A DNA stretch of 64,000 bases from Mobula birostris. Lineage: Eukaryota. Made by a program: the position numbers and the translations under genes. Below, piece by piece: positions 10,976 to 24,700 of the stretch (positions within the stretch are counted from its first letter, which is position 1; each line of letters begins with the position of its first letter). The stretch covers positions 62,001-126,000 of the forward strand of contig NW_027278410.1 in the NCBI RefSeq assembly GCF_030028105.1. The letters are read 5' to 3'. Below the pieces are notes generated by a model. That model made no database searches. It saw nothing but the letters and a program-made list of their open reading frames with translations, and was not told where the DNA came from.

Positions 10976-13900
10976 TCAGTGTACAGAACTCCCCCTGAGA
11001 GAGAGGGACTGAGAGACACCGGTCAGTGTACAGATCTCCCCCTGAGAGAGAGGGACTGAGAGACACCAGTCAGTGTACAGATCTCTCCCCTGAGAGAGAG
11101 GGACTGAGAGACACCGGTCAGTGTACAGATCTCTCCCCTGAGAGAGAGGGACTGAGAGACACCAGTCAGTGTAGAGATCTCCCCCTGAGAGAGAGGGACT
11201 GAGAGACACCGGTCAGTGTACAGATCTCTCCCCTGAGAGAGAGGGACTGAGAGACACCGGTCAGTGTACAGATCTCCCTCTGACAGAGAGGGACTGAGAG
11301 ACACCGGTCAGTGTACAGATCTCCCCCCTGAGAGAGAGGGACTGAGAGGCATCAGTCAGTGTAGAGATCTCCCCCTGAGAGAGAGGGACTGAGAGGCATC
11401 AGTCAGTGTAGAGATCTCCCCCTGAGAGAGAGGGACTGAGAGACACCGGTCAGTGTACAGATCTCCCCCTGAGAGACACCGGTCACTGTACAGATCTCCC
11501 CCTGAGAGAGAGGGACTGAGAGACACCAACCTGTGTACAGATCCCCCCCTGAGAGAGAGAGACTGAGAGACACCAGTCAGTGTACAGATCTCCCCCTGAG
11601 AGAGAGGGACTGAGAGACACCGGTCAGTGTACAGGTCTCCCCCTGAGAGAGAGGGACTGAGAGACACCAGTCAGTGTAGAGATCTCCCCCTGAGAGAGAG
11701 GGACTGAGAGACACCAGTCAGTGTAGAGATCTCCCCCTGAGAGAGAGGGACTGAGAGACACCGGTCAGTGTACAGATCTCTCCCCTGAGAGAGAGGGACT
11801 GAGAGACACCAGTCAGTGTACAGATCTCCCTCTGAGAGACACTGATTCGTGTACAGATCTTCCCCTGAGAGTGAAGGTCTGAGAGACACTGGACACTGTA
11901 CAGAATTGGCTTTAGTGGGAGGGACTGAGAGACACCAGTCAGTGTAAGATTCCACATTGAGAGATGGGGACTGAGAGACACAGGATAGTGTACAGTCCTC
12001 ACTCTGAGCGACACCAGTCAGTGTACAGATCCCCCTGAGAGAGAGGGACTGAGAGACACCGGTCAGTGTACAGATTCCACATTGAGAGATGGGGACTGAG
12101 AGACACAGGATAGTGTACAGTCCTCACTCTGAGAGACACCAGTCAGTGTACAGATCTCCCTCTGAGAGAGAGGGACTGAGAGGCATCAGTCGGTGTAGAG
12201 ATCTCCCCCTGAGAGAGAGGGACTGAGAGACACCAGTCAGTGTACAGATCTCCCTCTGAGAGACACTGATTAGTGTACAGATCTTCCCCTGAGAGTGAAG
12301 GTCTGAGAGACACTGGACACTGTACAGAATTTGCTTTAGTGGGAGGGACTGAGAGACACCGGTCAGTGTACAGATCCCCCTGAGAGAGAGGGACTGAGAG
12401 ACACCAGTCAGTGTACAGATCTCGCCCTGAGACAGAGGGACTGAGAGACACTGGTCAGTGTACAGATCTTCTCCTGAGAGAGAGAGAGAGAGAGGCACTG
12501 AGAGACTCTGGTCAGTGTACAGAACTCCCCCTGAGAGAGAGGGACTGAGACATCGGTCAGGGTTCAGATTCCACTGTGAGAGAGGGACTGAGAGACACCA
12601 GTCAGTGTACAGATCTCCCTCTGAGAGACACTGATTAGTGTACAGATCTTCCCCTGAGAGTGAAGGTCTGAGAGACACTGGACACTGTACAGAATTTGCT
12701 TTAGTGGGAGGGACTGAGAGACACCGGTCAGTGTACAGATCCCCCTGAGAGAGAGGGACTGAGAGACACCAGTCAGTGTACAGATCTCGCCCTGAGACAG
12801 AGGGACTGAGAGACACTGGTCAGTGTACAGATCTTCTCCTGAGAGAGAGAGAGAGGCACTGAGAGACTCTGGTCAGTGTACAGAACTCCCCCTGAGAGAG
12901 AGGGACTGAGACATCGGTCAGGGTTCAGATTCCACTGTGAGAGAGGGACTGAGAGACACCGGTCAGTGTACAGATCTCCCCCTGAGAGAGAGAAACACTG
13001 GTCAGAGTACAGATTCCAATCTGAAAGAGAGAGACTGAGAGACAAAGGTCAGTGTACAGCTTTCCCCTTGAGAGAAGGGACTGGGATACATCGGACAGTG
13101 TACGGATCTCACTCTGAGAGTGGGGGAACTGAGAAACACAGGTCAGTGCACAGATCTCACTCTGAGAGAGAGAGACTGAGAGACACCAGTCAGTGTACAG
13201 ATCTCCTCTGAGAGAGAGGGACTGAGAGACACCGGTCAGTGTACAGATCTCCTCTGAGAGAGAGGGACTGAGAGACACTGGTCAGTGTACAGATCTCTCC
13301 CCTGAGAGAGAGGGACTGAGAGACACCGGTCAGTGTACAGATCTCCCCCTGAGAGAGAGGGACTGAGAGACACCGGTCAGTGTACAGATATCCCCCTGAG
13401 AGAGAGGGACTGAGAGACACCGGTCAGTGTACAGATCTCACTCTGAGAGAGAGGGACTGAGAGACACCAGTCAGTGTACAGATCTCCTCTGAGAGAGAGG
13501 GACTGAGAGACACCGGTCAGTGTACAGATCTCCTCTGAGAGGGAGGAACTGAGAGACACCGGTCAGTGTACAGTCCTCACTCTGAGAGACACCAGTCAGT
13601 GTACAGATCCCCCTGAGAGAGAGGGACTGAGAGACACCGGTCAGTGTACAGATCTCCCCCTGAGAGAGAGGGACTGAGAGACACCAGTCAGTGTACAGAT
13701 CTCTCCCCTGAGAGAGAGGGACTGAGAGACACCAGTCAGTGTACAGATCTCTCCCCTGAGAGAGAGGGACTGAGCAACACTGGTCAGTGTACTGATCCCA
13801 CTCTGAGAGATGGAGACTGAGAGACAACAGTCAGTGCACAGATCTCTCAATGCAAGAGAGGGTCTAAGTGGCACCAGTCAATGTACAAATATCCCCCTGA

Positions 13901-16420
13901 GGGAGAGGGCCTGAGCGAAACTGATCAGTGTACAGATCCCCCTGAGAGAGAAGCAATGAGAGACACCGGTCAGTGTGCAGATCTCCCCCTGAGAGAGAGG
14001 GTCTGAGAGACACCGGTCAGTGTATGGAATTCGTTTGAGAGGGAGGGACTGAGAGACACCAGTTGGTGTACAGATTCCACTCTGAGAGATGGGGACTGAG
14101 AGACACAGGATAGTGTACAGTCCTCACTCTGAGAGACACCAGTCAGTGTACAGATCCCCCTGAGAGAGAGGGACTGAGAGACACCGGTCAGTGTATGGAA
14201 TTCGTTTGAGAGAGAGGGACTGAGAGACACCAGTCAGTGTACAGATTCCACTCTGAGAGACACAGGATAGTGTACAGTCCTCACTCTGAGAGACACCAGT
14301 CAGTGTACAGATCCCCCTGAGAGAGAGGGACTGAGAGACACCGGTCAGTGTACAGATCTCCATCTGAGAGAGAGGGACTGAGAGACACCAGTCAGTGTAC
14401 AGATCTCGCCCGGAGACAGAGGGACTGAGAGACACCGGTCAGTGTACAGACATCCCCCTGAGAGAGAGGTGCTGAGGGACACTGGTCAGTGTGCAGATAT
14501 CCCCCTGAGAGAGAGGGGAATGAGCAACACTGGTCAGTGTATGGAATTCATTTGAGAGGGAGGGACTGAGAGACACCAGTTGGTGTACAGATTCCACTCT
14601 GAGAGATGGGGACTGAGAGACACCAGTCAGTGTACGGATCTCCCTCTGAGAGAGAGGGACTGAGAGATACTGGTCAGTATACAGATCTCAGTTTGAGGGA
14701 GAGACGGTCTGAAAGACACTGGTCAGTGTACTGTTCTCCCCATGAGAGAGAGGGACTGAGAGACACCAGTCAGTGTACAGATCTCACTGTGAAACAGAGG
14801 GATTGAGAGATATTGGTTAATGTGCAGATCTCCCCATGAGAGAGAGGGACTGAGAGACACCCATCAGTGCAGATATCCCCTGAGAGAGAGGGACTGAGCA
14901 ACACTGGTCAGTGTACTGATCCCACTCTGAGAGATAGAGACTGAGAGACAACAGTCAGTGCACAGATCTCTCAATGCAAGAGAAGGTCTAAGTGGCACCA
15001 GTCAATGTACAAATATCCCCCTGAGGGAGAGGGCCTGAGCGAAACTGATCAGTGTACAGATCCCCCTGAGAGAGAGGGACTGAGAGACACCGGTCAGTGT
15101 GCAGATCTCCCCCTGAGAGAGAGGGTCTGAGAGACACCGGTCAGTGTATGGAATTCGTTTGAGAGGGAGGGACTGAGAGACACCAGTTGGTGTACAGATT
15201 CCACTCTGAGAGATGGGGACTGAGAGACACAGGATAGTGTACAGTCCTCACTCTGAGAGACACCAGTCAGTGTACAGAACCCCCTGAGAGAGAGGGACTG
15301 AGAGACACCGGTCAGTGTATGGAATTCGTTTGAGAGAGAGGGACTGAGAGACACCAGTCAGTGTACAGATTCCACTCTGAGAGACACAGGATAGTGTACA
15401 GTCCTCACTCTGAGAGACACCAGTCAGTGTACAGATCCCCCTGAGAGAGAGGGACTGAGAGACACAGGTCAGTGTACAGATCTCCCTCTGAGAGAGAGGG
15501 ACTGAGAGACACCAGTCAGTGTACAGATCTCGCCCGGAGACAGAGGGACTGAGAGACACCGGTCAGTGTACAGATCCCCCCCCTGAGAGACACCGGTCAG
15601 TGTACAGATCCCCCTGAGAGAGAGGGACTGAGAGACACCGGTCAGTGTACAGATCCCCCCCTGAGAGAGAGGGACTGAGAGACACCGGTCAGTGTACAGA
15701 TCCCCCTGAGAGAGAGGGACTGAGAGACACCGGTCAGTGTACAGATCCCCCCCTGAGAGAGAAGGACTGAGAGACACCGGTCAGTGAACAGAACTCCCCC
15801 TGAGAGAGAGGTGCTGAGGGACACTGGTCAGTGTGCAGATATCCCCCTGAGAGAGAGGGGAATGAGCAACACTGGTCAGTGTATGGAATTCGTTTGAGAG
15901 GGAGGGACTGAGAGACACCAGTCGGTGTACAGATTCCACTCTGAGAGATGGGGACTGAGAGACACCGGTCAGTGTACAGATCTCCCTCTGAGAGAGAGGG
16001 ACTGAGAGATACTGGTCAGTATACAGATCTCAGTTTGAGGGAGAGACGGTCTGAAAGACACTGGTCAGTGTGCTGTTCTCCCCATGAGAGAGAGGGACTG
16101 AGAGACACCAGTCAGTGTACAGATCTCACCGTGAAACAGAGGGATTGAGAGATATTGGTTAATGTGCAGATCTCCCCATGAGAGAGAGGGACTGAGAGAC
16201 ACCCATCAGTGCAGATATCCCCTGAGAGAGAGGGACTGAGAGACACCAGTCAGTGTACAGATCTCCCCCTGAGAGAGAGGGACTGAGAGACACCAGTCAG
16301 TGTACAGATCTCCCCCTGAGAGAGAGGGACTGAGAGTTACTGGTCGGTGTACAGATCTCACTCTGAGAGAGAGGGACTGAGAAACACCTGTCAGTGTGCT
16401 GGTATCTCCTGAGAGAGAGG
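10976..16420. repeat. About 5.4 kb satellite of ~47-bp units with higher-order duplications
   Basis: Unit CTGAGAGAGAGGGACTGAGAGACACCGGTCAGTGTACAGATCTCCCC (10995 to 11042 = 47 bp); variant blocks repeat at 365-bp and about 1124-bp offsets. Confidence 0.97.
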
Positions 16421-17409
16421 CCCCTTTGTTTTGGGGCCATCCCACTAATAGAGATGTCCTCTCTACATGTGCTCTCTCCAGGCCTCTCCCCCTCCTTTTC
16501 CCATCCCCTCCACCTCTCATACCTCCCATCCCTCAGTGCTCCATCCCCTCCCCTGCCCTCTTTTCTTCCCTCCCCTCCCCTCCTCTCCCATCCCTCTCCC
16601 TACCCCACCCCACTCCTTCCTTGTCTCTGCTGTCCCAGACTGGTATTCTGGTTTGGGCTGGGAGTCTCCCAGTGCTGGGAAGCAGTGTGATTTCCGTTCC
16701 CAGATTCCCGGTTTCCCAGCCATGGACGGTCCCCACATCTGGTGCCAGTGCTGACCCACACCCTGGCGTAGTGGCTGGGTTTCCGGTAACTGGTGGGGCG
16801 GGGTGGGGGTGAGGGTTGCCCGCCCCGTGTACACTCACCGCAGCCCAATTGTTGGCAGATGTACCCACACACAGAGCCAGGGGCTGAAGCAAGGTCAGAA
16901 CACATCTGGAAAAGTGCAGTCAAGGGACGGAGGGGGTGGGGGAGGCCTGGGATTGATAGACAGAAACAAAGAGAGACAGACAGAGGGAGAGAAAGAGTGA
17001 GGGAATGACGGTCGGGGGAGAGAGAGAGAGAAAATAGGAAGATACACAGAGAAAGAGAGAGAAACAGAGTGAGATAGAGAGAGACACACATTAATACAGA
17101 GAGAAGCAGAGACAGAGAGGGAGTCACAGAGAAATGTACAGTCTCATTCACACACAAACACACACACACTCCTGTCAAATCCCTGCAACACTTAATATCC
17201 ACACCTCACCTCAATGACCAGGCTCCCTGCTGTGTCCCTCTAATCCCTTCCTCTCTATAATAACCACACCCACCTTCCTTAAACCTCTTCTCTTTCTCCA
17301 TCCCTCATCGCCCCTCCCGCAGTGCTCCCTCCTTTCCTCCCTCACAACCCCTTCTGTGGTGCTCCCTCCCACATCAATGGTTCCAGGGAGTGTCCCTTTA
17401 CAGTGGCAG

Positions 17410-17805
17410 AGTGGAACAGTTCAAAGAAACTCATGATCATTTGAAAGTGAGTCCATAGGTCGTGGAACCTGTTCGTTGTTGAGGTGAGTGAAATTATCCA
17501 CACTTGTTCAAGAGCCTGATGGTTAAGGGGTAATGGCTGTTCCTGAACCTGGCGATGTGGGACCAGAGGCTCCTGTACCCCCTTCTTGATGGCAGCAGCA
17601 AGAAGAGAGAATGGCCTGGACGGTGGGGGTCTCTGATGATGGATGCTGCTTTCCTGTGACAGTGCTCCTTGTAAATGTTTTCATTGGGGGGAGGGCCTTA
17701 CCTGTGATGGACAGGGCTACATCCACCTCTTCCTGTAGACATTTCTGTTCCTGGGCATTGACGTTTCCATACCAGGCTGTGATACAACCAGTTAGGCTAC
17801 ATTCC
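17410..17805 (-). mobile_element. Rex/Babar-like LINE fragment
   Basis: 'LTGCITAWYGN..AQEQKCLQ' in ORF 17523..17807. Confidence 0.75.
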
Positions 17806-18017
17806 AATGAGATCTCCTCTCATTTTCCCAGAGAGTTCAGGACCTAGTCCGCTCGATCAGTATGACACTCCTTCATTCTGAGGCTATGCCCTCTCATCCT
17901 GAACTGCTGTGATGCCACGTTGAAGGAACTATGGACCTGTTTTCCCAGAGCTCTCTGTGCTACCCCACTACTGAATGTCCTACCCATTCACTATGTAAGA
18001 GTCCTACCCTGGTTTGT

Positions 18018-18560
18018 CAAAGCAAGGATGCACTTCTGAGGATCTGTAGGGTGTTGGTCAGGCCACATCTGAGCCCATATCCAAGGAAAGATGTGCTGTC
18101 TCTAGAGAAGGTCCAGAGGAGGTTGACCAGAGCTATGTTGGGAATGAAAGGGTTAAAGTACGAGGAGTGCTTGATGTCTCTGGGCCTGTACTCGATGGAG
18201 TTCAGACGGATGAAGGAGGGAATCTCATTGAAACCTCCTGGATACTGAAAGGCCTGGAGAGAGCGGATGTGGAGAGGACATCTCCATCACGGTCTGAGGG
18301 CACAGCCGCTGAATGAAGGAACTGGAACGAGGAGGGATTGCTTCAAACAGTGGGTGGTGAATCTGTGGGATTTGTTGCCATGGGGGTGGGGGTGGTACAG
18401 GTCAAGTCATTGGGTGAGTTGAAGGCAGAAATGGATGAGTCCCTGATCAGTGAGGGGAGGATGTTAAGTGTGACAGGGAGAAACGGGCAAACAGGTTTGG
18501 GGAAAAATATTGGGTGCAATAGTCTTGATGGGCTGAAGGGACGATTATGCTCCTGAATCT
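18018..18560 (+). mobile_element. CR1 LINE 3' fragment
   Basis: 'RKDVLSLEKVQRRLTRAMLGMKGLKYEECL..LGLYSMEFRRM'. Confidence 0.8.
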
Positions 18561-18617
18561 TAATGAAACCAGAGCACCTGGGACAAACACGCACGGAATG
18601 CATAAAGACCTCTCCCC

Positions 18618-18618
<1 letters not shown>

Positions 18619-18660
<42 letters not shown>
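18619..18660. repeat. (AC)n microsatellite, about 21 units
   Basis: Direct observation. Confidence 0.95.
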
Positions 18661-18663
<3 letters not shown>

Positions 18664-21600
18664 CACAGTGGGAGAGGTTTTGGTGGTCTCTGGGACCGGG
18701 ATAAGAGAGGCAGGGGAAAAGCGAGCCGCCACAGTTATGGAACAGGTCGAGCGGGGTGGGGCGAAGGGGAAGTGAGAGAACTATTTATGGCTGCGGTTTG
18801 AAGAATTGGCTAATGAAGGAGCAAGAGCAAGATCAACGGCCTCACATCCCGCTGCTCCGGGAACAGTAGGCATTGAGGGAGGGAGGGAGTGAAGAGAGAG
18901 AGAGAGAGAGAGAATGAGAGAGAGAGTGAGGATGGGCACTGTGGAAGGAAAGGGAGAGAGGGAGGGTGTGAGAGTTAGGCAGAGAGAGAGAAGGAGGAAG
19001 AGATGGAGTGAGAGAGGGAGGGAATGAGAGCGAGAGAGAGAGAGGGAGGGAGTGAGAGAATGAGGGAGCAAATGATGGAGCAGGGAAGGAGTAAGTGAAT
19101 GAATGAGGGCCAGTGAGAGAGAGGAGGGGGTGAGGAGAGGGTTGGGAGGGAGCGATAGAGGGAGGAATGGAGGGCCAGGTGAAATGAAGTCAGGAGGCAG
19201 GGAAGGAGCAAAAAGCTTCAGGTAGTGAGGGAATGGTGGGGGGGTGAGCGGTGAAGGAGGAAGGGGCAGTGAGAGAGAGTGCCACGCTGTGCCAATGTGT
19301 GCAGGGCTTGCTGGGGAGGGGAGTGCATGGGAAGGAGTGGGAGGGGGTTACAGAGACAGGGAGGAGTGTGGGAGAGGGGGGATCACAGAGGCTAGGAGAG
19401 GTGCAGGGGTGGAAAGGGGTCATAGAGACGGGGATGGAGGAGGTCACATACGGGGGTGTAGGGGAGGGAGGCAGTCACAGAGACAGTGAGGAGGGTAGGG
19501 GAGAAGAGGGCCACAGAGATGGGGATATCTGTAGCAGAGGGAGGGGTTCACAGAGATGAGGAGCGGTGTGGGGGCCAGGGAGAGACCTGCTCCCCACCCA
19601 CCACCCATAACACCAGACAAAAGCTGATGAGTCCCAACCACAGACGCAGCCTGTCAGGCTGGCTGAGGTTGCTGTGGGCAGTAGAAGAAGGGATGGTTTG
19701 GTGATTCTCAGCTGTGTGTCATCCCGATTGGCTCTTTATCTGCCCAGCCTTGGGCGCTGGTGGGTGAGGGGAGACACATAGTCATCTCCCCCTTCGACCC
19801 TGACAGTTCCTGACCCAGACCTCCTCCTCCTCCTTAGAGAGAGAGAGAGAATAACCATCTTCATGTCCTGTCTGCTTTGGAGAGAGTGCAGAGGAGATTC
19901 ACCAGGATGCTGCCTGGTTCAGAGGGCATGAGCTACTGTATATAAAGAGGTTGGACAAATTTGGATTGTTTTCTCTGGAGCATCAGAGGCTGAGGGGAGA
20001 TCTGATAGAGATTATTGAGGTTACACTTGGGATAGATAGACAGCTAATATCTTTTTCCCAGATTTGAAAGAAATGACTAATACCAGTGGCCATGCATTTA
20101 AGGTGGGGTGACCGGTTGGGGGGGAGGGTAAGATCAAGGATCAAGGGAGATATACAGGATGTTTTTTTACACAGAGAGAGGTCCACGTACTCCACATCCA
20201 CCACATTACCTCTCCACTGTCTACGGGTCAGGAGTGTGATGGAACACTTTCCCACTTGCCCCGGTGGAGTTAGTCCATGCAGTCCATGTCTACCAACATG
20301 CCCCACTTGCCCATGTGAGTCAACATTTACATGTGATCCCAGGGAGTGTGTCTGTGTTTATAGGGGGTCATAAGGAGCGTGTCAATATTTACTGAAGATG
20401 TGAGAAAGGTTGCAGATATTTCATGTGGGCATATTTGACTTTCTTCGAAATCGCTGCTTGCGACACCTTCTCTGTGGAGTAACCCTGCTTCCTGAAGTTT
20501 CTGGTGAAGTGTTACCACACCCCACAGGCACTCCTGTTGACAGCTTAATCCTCGAGCTTCCACTGAACGGCTGGATTATTCTGGACAGGCAGTGAGGAGA
20601 GAGGGAGTGTACATTATTTCTGCAGAAGGGATTAGTTTAGTTTGGTGTTTAATTAATTAATGCATGATTCAGTGAACAAGTGAATTGTTCAGGATAACAT
20701 GGTAGCTGAAGGACCCATTCCTGTGTTGTGTGTTCTATGCTCTATATTGCCAGAGGACTCCTGGACTGTCTTATTACAATTATATCCACTTCTGAGGCAA
20801 TTCCTTGCGATTGAGGGTGATTACCAAGTATGTGGAAAATGTACAGCACAAAAACAGGCCCTTTGGCCCACAATGTCTGCATTGACCACAATGCTAATGT
20901 AAATTGTGTATCTTCTGCCAAAACTCTTCATTCCCTGCACATCCATGAGCCTGTCTAAGAGCCTCTTAAACACCCTTTTCATATCACCACCACCACATCC
21001 CCAGGCAGCACATTCCAGACACCCACCACTCTCTGTATAAAAACTTGCCCCTCTCACCTCCTTTGAACTTCCTCCCTCTCACCTTAACTGCATGACCTCT
21101 GGTAAGGGGTAAAGATACTGGCTGTCTATCTGTGCCCCTCACACTCTTACAAACCTCTCTCAGGTCTCCCCTCAGCCTCGCCGCTCCAGAGAAAACAACC
21201 CAAGTTTGTCCAGCCCTCGACTCCAGGCAGCATCCTGGTGAGGGTCTTCTGCACCCTCTGCAAAGCCCCCACACCCTTCTTGTAATGGGCTGGCCAGAGC
21301 TGAATGCAATAATTAGGAAGTGAGTGTGTGAGGTTGTAGAAAGGGAGGAGAAAAGGTCGAGAGAGAAAAAAGTGTGATAATGAAAGGGGGAGAGAGTAAA
21401 AAGGTTTGACTGGGAAATGCAGATAGAATATGTAACAGGGAAAGAGGGGGAAATAGAGGAAGTGTGCGACAGGGAGAGAGAGAAAGAGTGTGACAGAGAG
21501 AGAGCGTGACAAGGTGTGAGAGAGCTAGTGGTATGACAGTGTGAGGGAGAGAAAGAGAGGATGAAAGGGAAAGGGTACGCATGATGTGGAGTGATAGAGG

Positions 21601-21725
21601 ATTGTGGGACAAGGGAGACGGAGAGAGTGGATGAGAGGGAGGGGAGATAGAGAGAGTGCAACAGGGAGAGGGGTAAATTTAGATAGTGAGTGTCACAGGG
21701 AGAGATAGAGGGAATGTGTGACAGG

Positions 21726-21730
<5 letters not shown>

Positions 21731-21782
<52 letters not shown>
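21731..21782. repeat. (AG)n microsatellite within a purine-rich low-complexity zone (about 21320-23360)
   Basis: Direct observation. Confidence 0.95.
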
Positions 21783-21788
<6 letters not shown>

Positions 21789-24700
21789 GAAAGGTCGGGT
21801 TTCCCGGTCAGGATGTGGGATTGGTTCCTGCCCAGGATCCAGGAACCACAGACCCTCTGTCATCTTCCTTCTGTCCTCTCTGTGGTTTACCAGTGAGGGG
21901 GGTGGGACCAAGGGAAGGGGAGGAGTGGGGAGGAGGAGCGGAGGGGGTGCTGAGCAGCCACTGGCAGCTTATGCACGGCAGATAAAGACGTGGTTACAGA
22001 GGGACTTGGATCACAGGCTGTGATACAGGCACAGAGAAACAGGGAGACAGGAGACAGAGTGAAAGAAAAAGAGGAGAGAGGCAGAAAGAGAGGGAAAGTG
22101 AAAGATAAAGGAGAGAGGGAGAAAGAGAAAGAGAGAGAGAAAGACAGAGGGGGCGAGAAGAAGAGAGACAAGGGAATGAGAGGGAGAGAGACGTGAAGAG
22201 AGAAAGAGAGAGAGAGAAGGAGACTGAGAAAGAGAGAGGGAGAGATAGAGAGAAAGTGTGTGTGAGAGAGAGAGAGAGATAGAGGAACACAGAGCCTAGG
22301 GTCAAAAAGCTCCACGCAACACCACAGTCTTACCCCAAGGCTTGGAGAGACAGAAGGAGAGAACGCACACAGGACAGGCAGTGAGCGGCGGCCTCTCTCC
22401 CACCTCAACCCCTTCCTCTCCATCTGGAATCCCATGAGTTTACAATGAGGCAGTAAGTATCTGGGTGTTGAGGTGGTGGGGGGAGGGCTGGCGGGAGAGG
22501 GGTGTCCGCGAGACGAGGGGAGTGGAGGCAAGAGGAGAGATCCGGCTTTTGTTTTCCTTTTGGAAGTCTGCATGCTACGGTCAACTCATCTGCATCGGCG
22601 GGGGGTATTGGGGAGGAGTGTCTCTTGGACGAGAGGGGAGAGGGATGGGAAGTGGGCTGGACAGGGGTTGTGACTGTGGGAGGAGAGAGAGGGAGGGAGT
22701 GAGTGGGAAAAGGGAAGAGAGAGCAGGGAGAGATGGAGAGAGAGAAAGTACGAGAGAGGGGGAGGGGAAGAGGGAGCAAGGGGAAAGGAAAGAGAAGGAC
22801 AGATAGAGAAGAGGAGAGGCAGAGAGAGGGGAGGAGTGAGGGAAAGTAGGAGGGGAAGAGATGGGGAGCAAGAGGTAAAGGAAGAGAGGAAAAGAGAAGG
22901 GAACAGAGAATGAGAGAAGGAGGGAAGAAAGAGAAGAAGGAAAGAGAAACAGAAAAGAGAGGAGGGGACAGAGAGTGAGAGAGGCAGAGAGAAGAATAGG
23001 GGGGAGAGAGGTGGTTCAGAGAAAGAGGGAGAGAGAGAAATGAAGGAAGCAGGAGACAATAGGGGAAGAGAGGTTGCAAAGGAGGAACATAATGGCAGAA
23101 CAGGGAGGGGAGAGAGACTGGGGAGAAATTGGGGGAGAAAGAATGGGTGAGTGAGGGAGAGGAGGAGGGTGGGGAGAGAGGGGAGGGGGAGAGGGAGACG
23201 GGATGTAATGGAGCGGGGACAGAGACAAGAGAAACTCAAAGGGATTGTGGCAGGAAAGAGAGAGGAAGGGTAGAAAGGAGGGGAGAGACATATGGAGTGG
23301 GAGAGGGACAGAGACAACATGAGAGGAAGAGAAGGAGAGGGAATGGAAGTGGGAGAAAGAGACAGGGTTGGCAAATCACACACCATCTCTGCTTGATTAC
23401 TTTCTCTGAGACCCTCTCTTCTTCTTCTCTCTAAATCTCTATCTCTCTCCTCACTGCACCCTCTCTCTCTCTCACACACACACTCCAATTCCCTTTGCCC
23501 ATCCCTCTTCTTCTTCATTCTCTATTTAATCCTCTTTATCTCCTCGTTGCCTATCTCCTTCTATCCCTCACTTCCACCTCTCCTCACCACCTCTCTCCAA
23601 CCCCCTTTCTCTCCATATGTCTCTCTCTTCTTCATCCTTCACACCTTCTCTCTTGGTTTATTATTGTCACATGTGGGAGATACATGTTTGTCTCACATAC
23701 TGTTCGTACAGATCAGATCATTACACAGTGCATTGAGGTAGAACAAGGTAAAACAATAACAGAATGCAGAATAAAGTGTCACAGTTACAGAGAAAGTGCA
23801 GTGCAGGCAGACAATAAGGTGTAAGTCTGTCTTATCATACCAGGGAACCATTCAGTAGTCATATAACAGCAGGGTAGAAGTTGCCCTTGAGCCTGGTGGA
23901 TCGTGCTTTCAGGCTTTTGTATCTTCTGCCCGATGGGAGAGGGGAGAAGAGAGAATGTCCGGGGTGGTTGGGGTCTTTGGTTATTCTGGCTGCTTTACTG
24001 AGGCAGTGAGAAGTGTAGACAGAGTCCATGGAGGGGAGGCTGGTTTCTGTGATGTGCTGAGCTGTGTCCACAACTCTCTGCGGTTTCTTGTGGTCACAGT
24101 CAGAGCAGTTGCTGTATACAATTGGATGCTTTCTTTAGTGTATCGGTAAATATTCAACACAGAATTGGGGCAGGTGGTCCTTCTGTAATATGGGGTGTTG
24201 GTGGGACCACATCTGGTATGGTGTGGATGGTATCAGTATCCTCATTGAGGGATGGACATTGATACGTTGGGGCAGCTTGGAGAAGGTTAATCAGACCCAC
24301 CCCTGGAACAGGTGAGTTGTCGCATGAGGAGAAGTCGAACAGTTTGGATTTGCATCTACAGGGGTTTAGGGAGAGTGGAAGGGGGTGGGGTCTGGAATAT
24401 CTCAGATTCCCAGGCATCTCCACAGGCTGGAACTTGTGTGTCCATCTGTGGGACAATCTAGAACTAGGGACCGCCATTTAAGAAATCGAGCCAGCCTGCT
24501 TCAGACCGAGATAGAGGGCTGGGGTGATGTTTTCCCACTAAAGACAGAGAGTCTTTGAAACTCTCCCTCTTGGAAGGAGGTAGGGTCGCAGAGTCTGTGG
24601 GTGTTATTGAGGCTGAAGGAAAGGGGAATCGGTTCTGGATGGATGACTGGTGAGAGGTGATCCTCTCCCCAGCTTCACTCTGCCCCCATACCAACCCCAT

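Noticed and set aside
10976-16420. CRISPR-like look of the regular repeats (also 27578-28510 and 34662-36260)
   Set aside because: Units are head-to-tail with no unique spacers, there are no cas genes, and the context is vertebrate.
18870-23660. Many long Ser/Leu/Pro- or Glu/Arg/Gly-rich ORFs
   Set aside because: Translations of purine/pyrimidine low-complexity tracts.
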